Below, piece by piece: positions 8,757-18,799 of a stretch of DNA of 64,000 nucleotides. Each line of letters begins with the position of its first letter. Positions within the stretch are counted from its first letter, which is position 1. Position numbers and translations under genes: made by a program. The DNA is from Desulfobacterales bacterium. Lineage in GTDB: Bacteria > Desulfobacterota > Desulfobacteria > Desulfobacterales > JASJAZ01. The stretch spans positions 4,571 through 68,570 of the forward strand of contig JASJAZ010000071.1 in NCBI GenBank assembly GCA_030066785.1. Reading direction: 5' to 3'. The notes beneath the pieces are model-generated. The model was not told where the DNA came from. It did no database searches and saw nothing but the letters and a program-made list of their open reading frames with translations.

Positions 8757-9767
8757 CTAAACGGCCTTCAATTCAGGTATTTGTTCTGGCGATTGATCTG
8801 AATTCAGAGCCTTTACTTGAGCTGCGATAGCCGGAATACCTTCGTATATGGTCGGATAAGATGGTGTCAACCCGAGATCCCTCCATAAAAGATCTGGATC
8901 GACAGCGATGTCGAAATTATAGGTGCGCACGGCGTCCGGTGTCTCTAAACCCGGGTGCGGACGAAAACGCCGGAAGGGGGTCAACAAAGTTGTCGCCAAT
9001 AGAGCCAGTAGGCGGGGAATTAAAAACACGCGGGCATTTGGATAAAACTGTCTTGCAATTTCTAAATATTTTGCCCAGGTAGCCGGGGATTTATCACCAA
9101 AAGGTAAGATGCCAGAAAATGATTGTTCAGCGCAGGCAATCATGGCTGTGGCTGCATCGGCTACGTGCAGATGCGTGTAAATATTTTTTCCGAGACCCGG
9201 CAGGATCAGGCAACCGGACTGCAGCTGTTTTAAATAAAGATCTCCAATTCCATAGACATGCGGTAAGCGCAACGCAGCAAAAGACATCCCGGCAGATGCC
9301 GCCATTTCCGATAGGCGATTTTCGGTATCCACCTTGATACGGCCATAATCAAGAACCGGATTTGCGGGGGTATCGGCGTTTACGTGATACGCACTGCCGT
9401 CATACACCAATAAGCTCGAGCTATAGACAAACCTGCTAACGCCAGCGGCGATCGCGGCCTCCATCAAGGCTATAGAGCCGTCTAAGATGGAAGGCTTAAG
9501 TATTTTATATGACTCGAATGTGGCCCGGGCCCCTAAATGAATGATGCCGTCAACGCCTTTGACAGCTTGTTTGAGGCTTGCGGGATTTCGCAGGTCAGCG
9601 ATGACGAAATCAGCATCCAGATGGCATATTTCGCAGTCGTCGCCAGCTTTGCGTATCATCAATCTGGGGCGATAACCACCGAAAGAAAGTTGGTGCGATA
9701 CCTCCTTGCCAATGAATCCGGAAGCACCGGTGATTAACAATTTCAATTTTGGGTTGCTAGTACTCAT
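8757..9767 (-). CDS. NAD-dependent epimerase/dehydratase (extended SDR)
   Basis: LITGASGFIG, IIHLGA, FVYSSS, YGRIK (YxxxK), LRLPHVYG. Confidence 0.85.
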   Translation of the reverse strand: MSTSNPKLKLLITGASGFIGKEVSHQLSFGGYRPRLMIRKAGDDCEICHLDADFVIADLRNPASLKQAVKGVDGIIHLGARATFESYKILKPSILDGSIALMEAAIAAGVSRFVYSSSLLVYDGSAYHVNADTPANPVLDYGRIKVDTENRLSEMAASAGMSFAALRLPHVYGIGDLYLKQLQSGCLILPGLGKNIYTHLHVADAATAMIACAEQSFSGILPFGDKSPATWAKYLEIARQFYPNARVFLIPRLLALLATTLLTPFRRFRPHPGLETPDAVRTYNFDIAVDPDLLWRDLGLTPSYPTIYEGIPAIAAQVKALNSDQSPEQIPELKAV

Positions 9768-10052
9768 TGTAAATTCCTATAGCAGCAGGTTCGTGGCAAT
9801 GTCATATGTTCAAGACTGCCCAAATTTTAACATTTATATTTTTATATAGGCCTAATGCCTTTTTTATTAAGTGTAAAGGTAATACAATCTCACATTCGCG
9901 CAAACTTTTTTGAAACATATTCCAGGCACTATAACCCCCGATATACTTATAACAGTGTTCTGGGTTTGATGCCCGATGGCTCGTCAATACTTATGGCGGT
10001 TAAATTAACTTAAAAATGTTAGACCGCCTTTTTCTCTAAAAAATAACCCGGG

Positions 10053-10403
10053 ATGGAAAGAATGGAACCTGACCAGAAAAAAAGACTTAAAATTCAGATT
10101 CAAAAAAAAATCGAGGATTTAAAGGTAGATATCAAGAATTACGCGCAATTGACCAGACCGATCGCACCCGACAGTGCTATCGGACGACTTAGCCGGATGG
10201 AAGCCATTAACAACAAAAGCATCAACGAGGCCGCCCTAAAGAAATCTAAAAACAGATTGTCCCGGTTAGAACGCGCCTTAAAAATGATCGAACATCCAGA
10301 ATTCGGATTATGCCGCGAATGCGAGGAACCCATCCCGTATGCGCGCTTAAAGGCCATTCCCGAAACCGACTTATGTGTTCAATGTTCTGAAATGATTACA
10401 TAA
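10053..10403 (+). CDS. TraR/DksA family C4 zinc-finger protein
   Basis: Coiled coil with PDSAIGRLSRMEA, then FGLCRECEEPIPYARLKAIPETDLCVQC. Confidence 0.9.
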   Translation: MERMEPDQKKRLKIQIQKKIEDLKVDIKNYAQLTRPIAPDSAIGRLSRMEAINNKSINEAALKKSKNRLSRLERALKMIEHPEFGLCRECEEPIPYARLKAIPETDLCVQCSEMIT

Positions 10404-10617
10404 TAACGATATTGGGCCGTTTTACCGGAATGTTTTTGCAGCTGATTCGATACCAGAATCAAATAGCACATCGTTATGGCACTTGACCCAAAATACTTTC
10501 CTACACACTTCAAACGATCAACCCATTGCAAAATCCATTGAACATATTGTAAATCTGTATCATTATCAAACACTCGGCATGGGATGCATTTTATAAAATG
10601 ACAGGAGCTCATGGTTT

Positions 10618-11130
10618 ATGACGGCATCTGAATTTCAATTTGATGAACGTAATCTTAAAGCCGCGCAACGAGTTTTCAGCAACCGCTTGCTCTTCAAATT
10701 AGCGCTCCTGTTAAACGTACCCATGGATTGCTTATCTGGTATGCGCATCAAAAAATTGAATTTAGATACCTGCCATGTGACCGTACCGTATCGATGGCTC
10801 AATAAAAACCCGTTTCAATCAACCTTTTGGGCAGTTTTGGGAATGGCCGCTGAAATGAGTTGCGGCGCCCTGGTAATGATATACACCCATAAAACCACAC
10901 CATCGGTTTCGGTATTAGTGGGCAGGTGCAGCGGTGAGTTTGTTAAAAAAGCAACCGATACCACCACCTTTGTTTGCAACGATGGCAAACGGATTGCGGC
11001 AACGGTCAAGAAAACCATTGAAACCACTGAACCCCAAGAAGTTACCTGCCAAACAACCGGGTATTCACGATCAGGTGAGGAAGTTTCAAATTTCAGTTTT
11101 ACGTGGAAAATGAAAGCCCGCAGTACTTAG
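10618..11130 (+). CDS. Hotdog-fold thioesterase-like protein (DUF4442-like)
   Basis: VPYRWLNKNPFQSTFWAVLGMAAEMSCG, EFVKKA, FSFTWKMK. Confidence 0.75.
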   Translation: MTASEFQFDERNLKAAQRVFSNRLLFKLALLLNVPMDCLSGMRIKKLNLDTCHVTVPYRWLNKNPFQSTFWAVLGMAAEMSCGALVMIYTHKTTPSVSVLVGRCSGEFVKKATDTTTFVCNDGKRIAATVKKTIETTEPQEVTCQTTGYSRSGEEVSNFSFTWKMKARST

Positions 11131-11155
11131 TACAGATGAGTTGGTCATAACCAGC

Positions 11156-13126
11156 ATGAGCCGATTTGATCACAAATATCAATTGGTGCAAGCATTGCGC
11201 AATGATTTGCCGCAACTTATCGATCTTTTGCAGATCGAAGATGCCAATGCTGACGCACATTGGCATAATTTAGATGCCAAGTTGCTCTCTCTGCTGGATC
11301 CTGACTTGCCGCTCATGGTGGCCATCTGCGGCGGGGCCAACTCTGGAAAATCAACTTTGTTTAATTCGATGCTGGCCAGCAATCTGTCACCGGTGCGCGG
11401 GGATGCCGGCAGTACCCGGCGTGTGCTGGTGGCTGCAAATCCCCAAACACTGGAACGGCCCGACTTTGTTCAACGGCTATTTGAACCGTTTGCCGAAAAG
11501 CCGGTCCCGCTGGCCGATGCTGCCGATCTGCTGACCAAGGGCCCACCGTTGATAGCGCCCCATTCGTCAGTGACTCCCAAGCAAGTGCTCATCGACACAC
11601 CCGATTTCGATACCGGATCAGAAGACCGCTATATCAACCGTGAAATTGCCCAGGAGATCTTGCGCGCCAGCAATGTGCTCATTTATGTCGTTACCAACGC
11701 AACTTACAACAACTTGGAAAACACGCGTTTCATGCGGCAAATGCTGACCGAGGCTGGTCTGCGCCCTTGCATCCTGGTATACAACTGCTCGCGCACCTTG
11801 ACCAAGGATCAAGCTTTCAAACATTTAACGATTACGGCCACCAATCTTTTTGGTGATCTAAAAAATCAATATTTGATGGGGTTCTACCGCACCAATGTCA
11901 GCGACAGCGTGGCGGCCGGCCGGACCTTCATGTCACTGCGACCTGTTCGCTCTAAAAATCCCCACCTGCAAGATCTATTAGGTGGTCTGGATTCACGGAC
12001 CATTCGTGAAGAGCAAATCAGCACAGTTTTAGAAGCATTTAATATTTACGTGCGCAAACGCGTGTCCGATTCACGCCAAGCGGTCAGGGCATTGAAGCTG
12101 TATCGTGGTGCCGTTCAACTGGCATTAAGCTATGCGGTGCAGCAAGCTCTGGTTACTTTGCCGCTTGAACGAATCATGCGCCGAATGAATGAAATCTGGC
12201 TCGATACCAGTCCGGAGATACTCAAATTCTTCAGGGCCGCCGGCACCGTCATCGGCAAACCGGCCCAACTCGTGTTGTCGCTGATCAAGCCCGGCAAAGA
12301 CAAATCAGACCAAAAACAGCAGGACAAAACCGAGGCGAAATTGTTGGAGGCCCTGAAACTTAACTTGATTCAGGCCGCAACTGATTTGCGTGAAAAAGTG
12401 CTGGCAGATGAAATTGTGGCGGAAACCACGGTGAACGACCCCCAGGGTGCCGAACTGATTCGGCTCAAAAATGCCGTTGGGCAGCCTACGCGCTTGAATA
12501 CACCAGATCATTCCTCGGATGGTAACAATACCATGCCGGGAACTGTCACTATTCGAGCAGTAGCACCGGCAGCAACTGTGGCAATTCGCCAACCTTTGTC
12601 CCAAAGACCCTGGTTGCCGGTGGCCGAACAGATTGGTTTGCTTGTCAAAGACATTCTCGATGTGGCCTCTGATAAAAATCTCGATCAGGAATTGAGCCGC
12701 TTGGTGAATCGCTTTCGAAAGCGCATGAATTTTGCCCAACGCACGCGTGAATCCTTGTTTGCCTCGCTAAACATCTTGCCGGCGACCTTAGGAATTGCTT
12801 ATATCATATCAACCGGTGATCCGGTTGGCGGAAGCGGCATTTATGCCAAACTGCATGGGCTGTTCGGCATGCATGACCTTTGGGCCCTGGTATCCATTCC
12901 AGCCACTGAAAGACTCGATGCGGCCGGTCGCAAAGATCTCACCGATATGCTGGGCCCAATCGTTGGTAAATGGCTGGATAGCCGTGCTGTCATTGTGCAG
13001 GCAGAGCTAGTCCAGGCCATCACCGGTGAGGTGATGCAAGGCATTCAAAAGATTGTTGAACACTCTGAGGCCTTAATTGAGCATGTAACTGCTAATCACA
13101 ACCAATTAGAAGATCGGGAACATTGA
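11156..13126 (+). CDS. Dynamin-like / TRAFAC GTPase A
   Basis: G1 GGANSGKST, G2 GSTRR, G3 DTPDFD, atypical G4 VYNCSR; long helical C-terminus with a hydrophobic segment (LNILPATLGIAYII). Confidence 0.75.
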   Translation: MSRFDHKYQLVQALRNDLPQLIDLLQIEDANADAHWHNLDAKLLSLLDPDLPLMVAICGGANSGKSTLFNSMLASNLSPVRGDAGSTRRVLVAANPQTLERPDFVQRLFEPFAEKPVPLADAADLLTKGPPLIAPHSSVTPKQVLIDTPDFDTGSEDRYINREIAQEILRASNVLIYVVTNATYNNLENTRFMRQMLTEAGLRPCILVYNCSRTLTKDQAFKHLTITATNLFGDLKNQYLMGFYRTNVSDSVAAGRTFMSLRPVRSKNPHLQDLLGGLDSRTIREEQISTVLEAFNIYVRKRVSDSRQAVRALKLYRGAVQLALSYAVQQALVTLPLERIMRRMNEIWLDTSPEILKFFRAAGTVIGKPAQLVLSLIKPGKDKSDQKQQDKTEAKLLEALKLNLIQAATDLREKVLADEIVAETTVNDPQGAELIRLKNAVGQPTRLNTPDHSSDGNNTMPGTVTIRAVAPAATVAIRQPLSQRPWLPVAEQIGLLVKDILDVASDKNLDQELSRLVNRFRKRMNFAQRTRESLFASLNILPATLGIAYIISTGDPVGGSGIYAKLHGLFGMHDLWALVSIPATERLDAAGRKDLTDMLGPIVGKWLDSRAVIVQAELVQAITGEVMQGIQKIVEHSEALIEHVTANHNQLEDREH

Positions 13127-13127
13127 T

Positions 13128-14885
13128 ATGGATCTTGATGAATATCGAATCAAAGCACGCGGCATGCTAACCGGCCATCGGGCTTCCATTCGTCAATACA
13201 GCGTATTGGTTGACAATGCCCCCCATTGGCTGCCTGGCGAGTCGCTGCGCGAGGAAAGTCAAACCGCAATAGAGCAAATCGATCGGCTGCAAGAGCGATT
13301 AGACCGCAAGCTCATTATTACGCTCATCGGTCCCACCGGTGCCGGTAAATCAACCCTCTTAAATGCTCTGGTGCAAAGCGATCAATTATCGCCTAGCGGT
13401 GTTCATCGTCCAACCACAAAAGAAATTGTGGTTGCCTGTCAAGCCAAACAAGATGCCGATGTCATTTTAGGCCATATAAAAAGTGCGGCAGTCTCGATTC
13501 AAACCGGACCTCTGGATGAAACACTGGAGCATGTTATTTTGGTAGACACCCCGGACATGGACAGCACTGAAAGTGAAGCCCATCGCCCCTTGTTGGAATC
13601 GATTCTTGATATTACCGACGTATTAATCTGTGTCTTAAATGCTGAAAATCCGAAGCGTCGCGACACCCTTGATTTTTTAAAGCAATTTGTCAGCTTATAT
13701 CCCGGTGGATTATGTTTTGTGGTGGTCAATCGTTGCGACCGTTTGCCGGCCGACGAACTCAAGGCCACTATCATTCCGGATATCAAACAACACCTTCAGG
13801 CCGCATGGCAAAAACCGATCACAGATCTCTTCTGCATTAGCGCCCGCAGCCATCTCAATAATCCGTCTTGGGCCGAAGATGAAAAACCGTTGCACGCCTA
13901 TGATGAATTCACGAAATTACGGCAATCCATATTTAACTGGTTAAACCAAGGCCGTACCGTATTGGATGCGCGTGTCGGACGGGCTGATCATTTGGTAAAA
14001 TTAATTCAAACCGCGGCCCGTAGCCGTGTGGCTGAGATTGATAAAGAGCTGCATCAGATTAAAGAAGATATTATAGCGCTGGAAAGCAAAGCCCATGCAG
14101 TAGCTGCCGAGGCCTGGCGCGATGCCGGTACCGATGGCCTGATCGGCATTCAGGCTATGTTTTACCAAAAGCTGGCGAATCGGTGGTGGGGACCCATCGG
14201 CTGGATGATAGCCTTATGGGCCCGCTTCCTTATGACCGGCACGGGTATGGTGGCGGCTCTGCGTATCGGCAACCCGATTTTGCAACTGTGGGGGGTTTTG
14301 TCTTCATTTGTCCGCTTTCGCAAATCCAAAGAGGCGGTTGCCAACGCTGCCTCGGGTGGGGATGTAGAACCCATCGCCGACCATTATCGGTTGATTTTAC
14401 AACAAAATTGGCCCGATATCGCGGAAAAATTGATTCAATTAGGATTCAGCCCCTCCATCCGCAAATCGTCCATGATACTTCCACAAGACAACCCACTGGG
14501 AGAAAGATTGTCGGTGTCCTGGAAGACCACTCTGGAGGAAGTTATGCAACGACGCACAACAGCGATATCAGGCTTTCTGCTGCAATTGATTTTTAATCTG
14601 CCGACCCTGGTATTGATGGGCCTATTTGCCTATCAGAGTGTCACCAGTTTTCTTTTGCAAAAGACATTACTTTCCGGCTATTTTTTGCACGCCACCATTA
14701 GTATTGTTCTGGTTTGGATTCTTTCTTTTGTGCTGCTGCAAATCATTATCCGTTTTGTGGGCGGTAAAAACATGGTGCGAAAGGTATTTTCAAAGCTGAT
14801 TCATCGGTTTACCACAGGAGAATCCCAACTGACACATATCGCTATTGTAGATGAAATTGACACCATCTTGCAGATTGGTGCTTGA
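13128..14885 (+). CDS. Dynamin-like / TRAFAC GTPase B with C-terminal membrane helices
   Basis: G1 GPTGAGKST, G2 RPTT, G3 DTPDMD, G4 NRCD; several hydrophobic helices in the C-terminal half. Starts 1 nt after the GTPase A stop. Confidence 0.75.
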   Translation: MDLDEYRIKARGMLTGHRASIRQYSVLVDNAPHWLPGESLREESQTAIEQIDRLQERLDRKLIITLIGPTGAGKSTLLNALVQSDQLSPSGVHRPTTKEIVVACQAKQDADVILGHIKSAAVSIQTGPLDETLEHVILVDTPDMDSTESEAHRPLLESILDITDVLICVLNAENPKRRDTLDFLKQFVSLYPGGLCFVVVNRCDRLPADELKATIIPDIKQHLQAAWQKPITDLFCISARSHLNNPSWAEDEKPLHAYDEFTKLRQSIFNWLNQGRTVLDARVGRADHLVKLIQTAARSRVAEIDKELHQIKEDIIALESKAHAVAAEAWRDAGTDGLIGIQAMFYQKLANRWWGPIGWMIALWARFLMTGTGMVAALRIGNPILQLWGVLSSFVRFRKSKEAVANAASGGDVEPIADHYRLILQQNWPDIAEKLIQLGFSPSIRKSSMILPQDNPLGERLSVSWKTTLEEVMQRRTTAISGFLLQLIFNLPTLVLMGLFAYQSVTSFLLQKTLLSGYFLHATISIVLVWILSFVLLQIIIRFVGGKNMVRKVFSKLIHRFTTGESQLTHIAIVDEIDTILQIGA

Positions 14886-14957
14886 AATTGAGACACTTCA
14901 TCATGTTTTTAGATCCTTGGCAAAAAGTACCTAATTGATGTACAGAAAAGAGGGCCT

Positions 14958-15698
14958 ATGCCAGATGGAAAAACAGTTAAATTGGCCGTACTAATCGATG
15001 CCGACAATGCCCAACCCTCTATTGTTGACGGACTATTGTCGGAGATTGCCAAGTTTGGAACTGCCAATGTCAAAAGAATTTACGGTGATTGGACGATCCC
15101 GGGCCTAAAAGGTTGGAAGGAAGTGCTATTGCACTATTCGATTCAGCCCATTCAGCAGTTCGGTTATACTTCGGGCAAGAATGCCACCGATAGTGCCTTG
15201 ATTATCGATGCAATGGATTTGCTATATACCGGCAAATTCAATGGTTTTTGCATCGTATCCAGCGACAGCGATTTTACTAAGTTGGCATCGCGCATAAGGG
15301 AAGCCGGTCTTTTCGTTTATGGATTTGGCGAACGCAAAACACCCAAGGCATTCGTTTCAGCCTGCGATAAATTTATTTTTACCGAAGTGCTGCGCTCTAA
15401 AGACGATCACAGCGAAAACATTAGACGCAAATCGACCAGCGGACTTAAAAAAGATACCAAACTTGTTAATTTATTGCGACATGCAGTGGAAGCATCTTCA
15501 GATGACAGCGGTTGGGCGCACCTGGCTTCGGTGGGCAGTAATATTGCCAAACAGGCGCCGGAGTTTGACCCTCGCAATTATGGCTACAAAAAGTTGGGCG
15601 AACTTGTAGCGGCCACCAAACTATTTCAAATAGAAGAAAGAACTGTGGGAGATGGGCCTTCAACAGCGATTTTTTTAAAGGATTTGCGCAAGAAATAA
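14958..15698 (+). CDS. NYN (PIN-like, LabA/DUF88) domain protein with C-terminal OST-HTH/LOTUS
   Basis: LAVLIDADN, KRIYGDW, GKNATDSALIIDAMD, IVSSDSDF; C-terminal GWAHLASVG...FDPRNYGYKKL. Confidence 0.9.
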   Translation: MPDGKTVKLAVLIDADNAQPSIVDGLLSEIAKFGTANVKRIYGDWTIPGLKGWKEVLLHYSIQPIQQFGYTSGKNATDSALIIDAMDLLYTGKFNGFCIVSSDSDFTKLASRIREAGLFVYGFGERKTPKAFVSACDKFIFTEVLRSKDDHSENIRRKSTSGLKKDTKLVNLLRHAVEASSDDSGWAHLASVGSNIAKQAPEFDPRNYGYKKLGELVAATKLFQIEERTVGDGPSTAIFLKDLRKK

Positions 15699-15849
15699 AC
15701 GCCTAACCATTAGCCAAGGTGCCAAGACGCCTATCCTGACATTGGTTGCAACGGTACTTAAGCGAGACGACACGCATCTGCGATCATACCCTTCCTGGGG
15801 CAACAGGCACCAACATTTACCGATTCATTCGGTAACGGGAGGATGCATC

Positions 15850-16446
15850 ATGACGATGAATGAAGCTGATTTTTTAGCAAGCGTGACCCTTTTTTCACAT
15901 TTAAAAGACAGGGATCTGCGGCGTCTTGCCAAAAAATGTGAATATTGTTTCTTCAAACCCGATGAAGTCATCATTACGGAAGGTGAACGCGACGGTCGCC
16001 TTTTCATGCTGATTGACGGCAAGGCCTGCGTCTACAAAGGCTATGGTAGCAAACAAGAAAAACTGTTACGAACACTAGAGCCGCCGGCCTATTTTGGAGA
16101 AATCGCCCTCATTGATGACTGGGTGCGCACGGCCACTGTGGTTGCCAAAGGAGATGTCAAAGCATTCAGTCTAGATCAATGGAATTTGCGGCAGGAAATT
16201 AAAAAATATCCGGTAATTGCCATCGAACTCATGCAGATGCTAAACAGACGCCTGCTAGCTCTGGAAAAAAATTTGATAAATGCCACCGGTGGACTGATAC
16301 CGATTTGCTTCAATTGTAAAAAAATATCTGACGACAAGGGCGCATGGTTGACCCTTGAACAATACATCCGCGACTATACGGAATACGAATTCAGTCAGGG
16401 AATTTGTCCCGAGTGTATGCAAAAGCTAAAACCTGCCGATAGTTGA
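15850..16446 (+). CDS. Cyclic-nucleotide-binding domain protein with C-terminal CxxC...CxxC domain
   Basis: cNMP cassette FGEIAL...RTATV; tail IPICFNCKKISDDKGAW...FSQGICPEC. Start set behind a GGGAGG RBS. Confidence 0.8.
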   Translation: MTMNEADFLASVTLFSHLKDRDLRRLAKKCEYCFFKPDEVIITEGERDGRLFMLIDGKACVYKGYGSKQEKLLRTLEPPAYFGEIALIDDWVRTATVVAKGDVKAFSLDQWNLRQEIKKYPVIAIELMQMLNRRLLALEKNLINATGGLIPICFNCKKISDDKGAWLTLEQYIRDYTEYEFSQGICPECMQKLKPADS

Positions 16447-16447
16447 T

Positions 16448-16954
16448 ATGGAAAAAATTCTGATTAGTGCCTGCTTAATTGGTGCCCGGGTCCGATATGA
16501 TAATATCGGCAAATATTTTGATGACCCGGATTTACGCCAATGGATCGCGGAGGGACGCTTGGTGCCGATTTGTCCTGAAGTAGTCGCAGGCCTGGCAGTT
16601 CCACGCCCTTCTGCAGAAATCATTGGAACCGGTGGGGGTGCCGCCGTCATTCAATCCAAAGCGCGGGTTGTCAGCTGTAACGGTGAGGATGTGACCGATG
16701 CCTACCTTGAAGGTGCTAAGATTGCATTGAACATTGCGCAGCACGATAACATCCAATTGGCAATTTTGAAAAATCAAAGCCCATCCTGCGGCAGCTCCAA
16801 GATATACAACGGCCAGTTCGAAAACCATTTAATTGAAGGCCAAGGCGTTACGGCGGCATTGCTGCAACAAAATGGCGTCAGCGTATTTAGCGAACATGGA
16901 ATCAAGCGCGTTAAGACCAAAATGAGCCGCCAGCTAAGCCCACATATTCCTTAA
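16448..16954 (+). CDS. DUF523 / 2-thiouracil desulfidase (TudS-like) Fe-S protein
   Basis: ILISACLIG.VRYD, CPEV..GL.VPR, KNQSPSCG, GVTAALL. Confidence 0.85.
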   Translation: MEKILISACLIGARVRYDNIGKYFDDPDLRQWIAEGRLVPICPEVVAGLAVPRPSAEIIGTGGGAAVIQSKARVVSCNGEDVTDAYLEGAKIALNIAQHDNIQLAILKNQSPSCGSSKIYNGQFENHLIEGQGVTAALLQQNGVSVFSEHGIKRVKTKMSRQLSPHIP

Positions 16955-16963
16955 AGATGCCAT

Positions 16964-17614
16964 ATGGTATCCAGACGCAACATATTGAAACTGATTTCCC
17001 GTCTGTTTTTATGGACCACCGCAGTTCTTGGGCTTGGCATGTCTTGGGGAACAGAATTGCTGGCCAAATTTAAAAAACGCATTCTTCCTAAAAATACAGA
17101 TATTCAGGGCCTTAAAAACACCAATCCCGCCCATTTAGACACCCGCAACCTCCCGGTGATGCCATTGGAAGCCTTTGGGACCATGGGCGATAAAGAAGCA
17201 CCCTTCAAACCGGAAACTTGGCGGCTGGCGGTCTCCGGGGCGGTTAAATCACCCTTTAATATTTCTTATCAAGACATTTTAGCGCTGCCATCCATTGAGC
17301 GCGAGATCCTGCTGGTGTGTCCAGGCGTTTTTGTCAACCATGGCCGCTGGAAAGGCATTTCGATACAAGCATTAATGCATATCGCCACGCCCAATAAAGA
17401 TGCTTCCCAAGTGTTTTTTTACGGCCACAGCCGCTTTGAGGATCGCAAAGAATTATACACCATCGAAGAAGTTAAAAGTGATCAAGTATTTCTAGCCTAT
17501 GCCGTCAACGGCAAACCTCTTCCACGCAAACACGGTTATCCCTTGCGGGTTGTCGCCGAGGGGCATTGGGGATCACACTGGTTGAAATATGTTAAAAAAA
17601 TTGAATTTGCGTGA
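16964..17614 (+). CDS. Tat-exported sulfite-oxidase-family molybdopterin protein (MsrP-like)
   Basis: Twin-arginine SRRNILK; WRLAVSGAV, LVCPG, WKG, LAYAVNGKPLPRKHGYPLRVV, KYVKKIEF. Confidence 0.85.
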   Translation: MVSRRNILKLISRLFLWTTAVLGLGMSWGTELLAKFKKRILPKNTDIQGLKNTNPAHLDTRNLPVMPLEAFGTMGDKEAPFKPETWRLAVSGAVKSPFNISYQDILALPSIEREILLVCPGVFVNHGRWKGISIQALMHIATPNKDASQVFFYGHSRFEDRKELYTIEEVKSDQVFLAYAVNGKPLPRKHGYPLRVVAEGHWGSHWLKYVKKIEFA

Positions 17615-17640
17615 TATCTACAACCAAGGAGAGGTTAATA

Positions 17641-17844
17641 ATGCCATATGTCAATATTCGAATCACCAATGAAAAGGTTACACCGGCAAAGAAAGCCCAG
17701 CTGATCCAAGGCGTCACCACGCTGCTTAAGGATGTTTTAGATAAAAACCCGAATACTACCGTGGTAGTCATTGATGAAGTAGAGACTGATAACTGGGGCA
17801 TTGGCGGAGAGACAGTGACGGAAAGAAGAAAGCGGGGAGAATAA
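17641..17844 (+). CDS. 4-oxalocrotonate tautomerase family protein
   Basis: M-P start (catalytic Pro1), KAQLIQGVT, VVIDEV, NWGIGG; GGAGAGG RBS. Confidence 0.9.
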   Translation: MPYVNIRITNEKVTPAKKAQLIQGVTTLLKDVLDKNPNTTVVVIDEVETDNWGIGGETVTERRKRGE

Positions 17845-17926
17845 CAATATGGGTGATGCTGTTGGAATCCTCTCAATATCATCGATATTCGTAAAATAAT
17901 TTGTTAGAGATTTCTGGCTGACTTTA

Positions 17927-18682
17927 ATGGAAACTCTTTTTTTTGATATTTTCGAACGATTACCACGCCAAGGTCCCGGAGATCCAAGCAGCACTCGGCG
18001 TGCCTTCCAGGCCCTTGCTAGCTTGCCGCCGAATCCTCACATTCTGGATATCGGCTGTGGCGCGGGCTTACAAACGTTAGAACTGGCCAAACTTACCAAT
18101 GGGACCATCACGGCGCTGGACAATCATCCACCGTTTCTAAACAAGCTTCTGGAGCGTGCCGTACAAGCCGGTGTGTCCGAAAGCATCACCTGCATGTGCG
18201 ACGATATGCTGTCCCTTGACTTTGAAGATGAGTTGTTTGATCTGATTTGGTCTGAAGGTGCCATCTATAATATCGGGTTTGCCAAAGGATTGGCTGATTG
18301 GAAGAAATGGCTGCAGCCCGGTGGCTATCTGGCCGTCACAGAAGTGTCCTGGATTAAAGAAAATCCACCCCAAGAATTGCTGAATTTTTGGCAACGTGAA
18401 TATCCGGCCATAACAGGTATTGAAACCAATTTAAAAACCATAACTTCCACCGGCTATAAACTCATCGAGCATTTCATCCTGCCGGAATATGCCTGGTGGG
18501 ATCAGTTTTACAACCCTTTGGCGCAGCAGATTCAACAAGCTCGCCAAAAATATGATTTCAATGCTGAACCCAATACTGAGGCAGGTGAGCTTTTGACGAA
18601 CCTTGAAATCGAAATTGATATGTATCACAAATTTTCGAACTATTATGGCTACGTGTTTTTCATTATGCAGAACACTGCCTGA
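17927..18682 (+). CDS. Class I SAM-dependent methyltransferase
   Basis: LPRQGPG, ILDIGCGAG, DLIWSEGAIYNIGF, YYGYVFFI. Confidence 0.9.
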   Translation: METLFFDIFERLPRQGPGDPSSTRRAFQALASLPPNPHILDIGCGAGLQTLELAKLTNGTITALDNHPPFLNKLLERAVQAGVSESITCMCDDMLSLDFEDELFDLIWSEGAIYNIGFAKGLADWKKWLQPGGYLAVTEVSWIKENPPQELLNFWQREYPAITGIETNLKTITSTGYKLIEHFILPEYAWWDQFYNPLAQQIQQARQKYDFNAEPNTEAGELLTNLEIEIDMYHKFSNYYGYVFFIMQNTA

Positions 18683-18799
18683 TGAACCCCAAAAAACACA
18701 TTATCGACGCAAAGAAAAACCTGGAAAATCGTGAATCTGGCTTAATAACGCGTGTTTGTATTAATGAGCCATCTTTGCCATATTCTTCTGGATGACATT

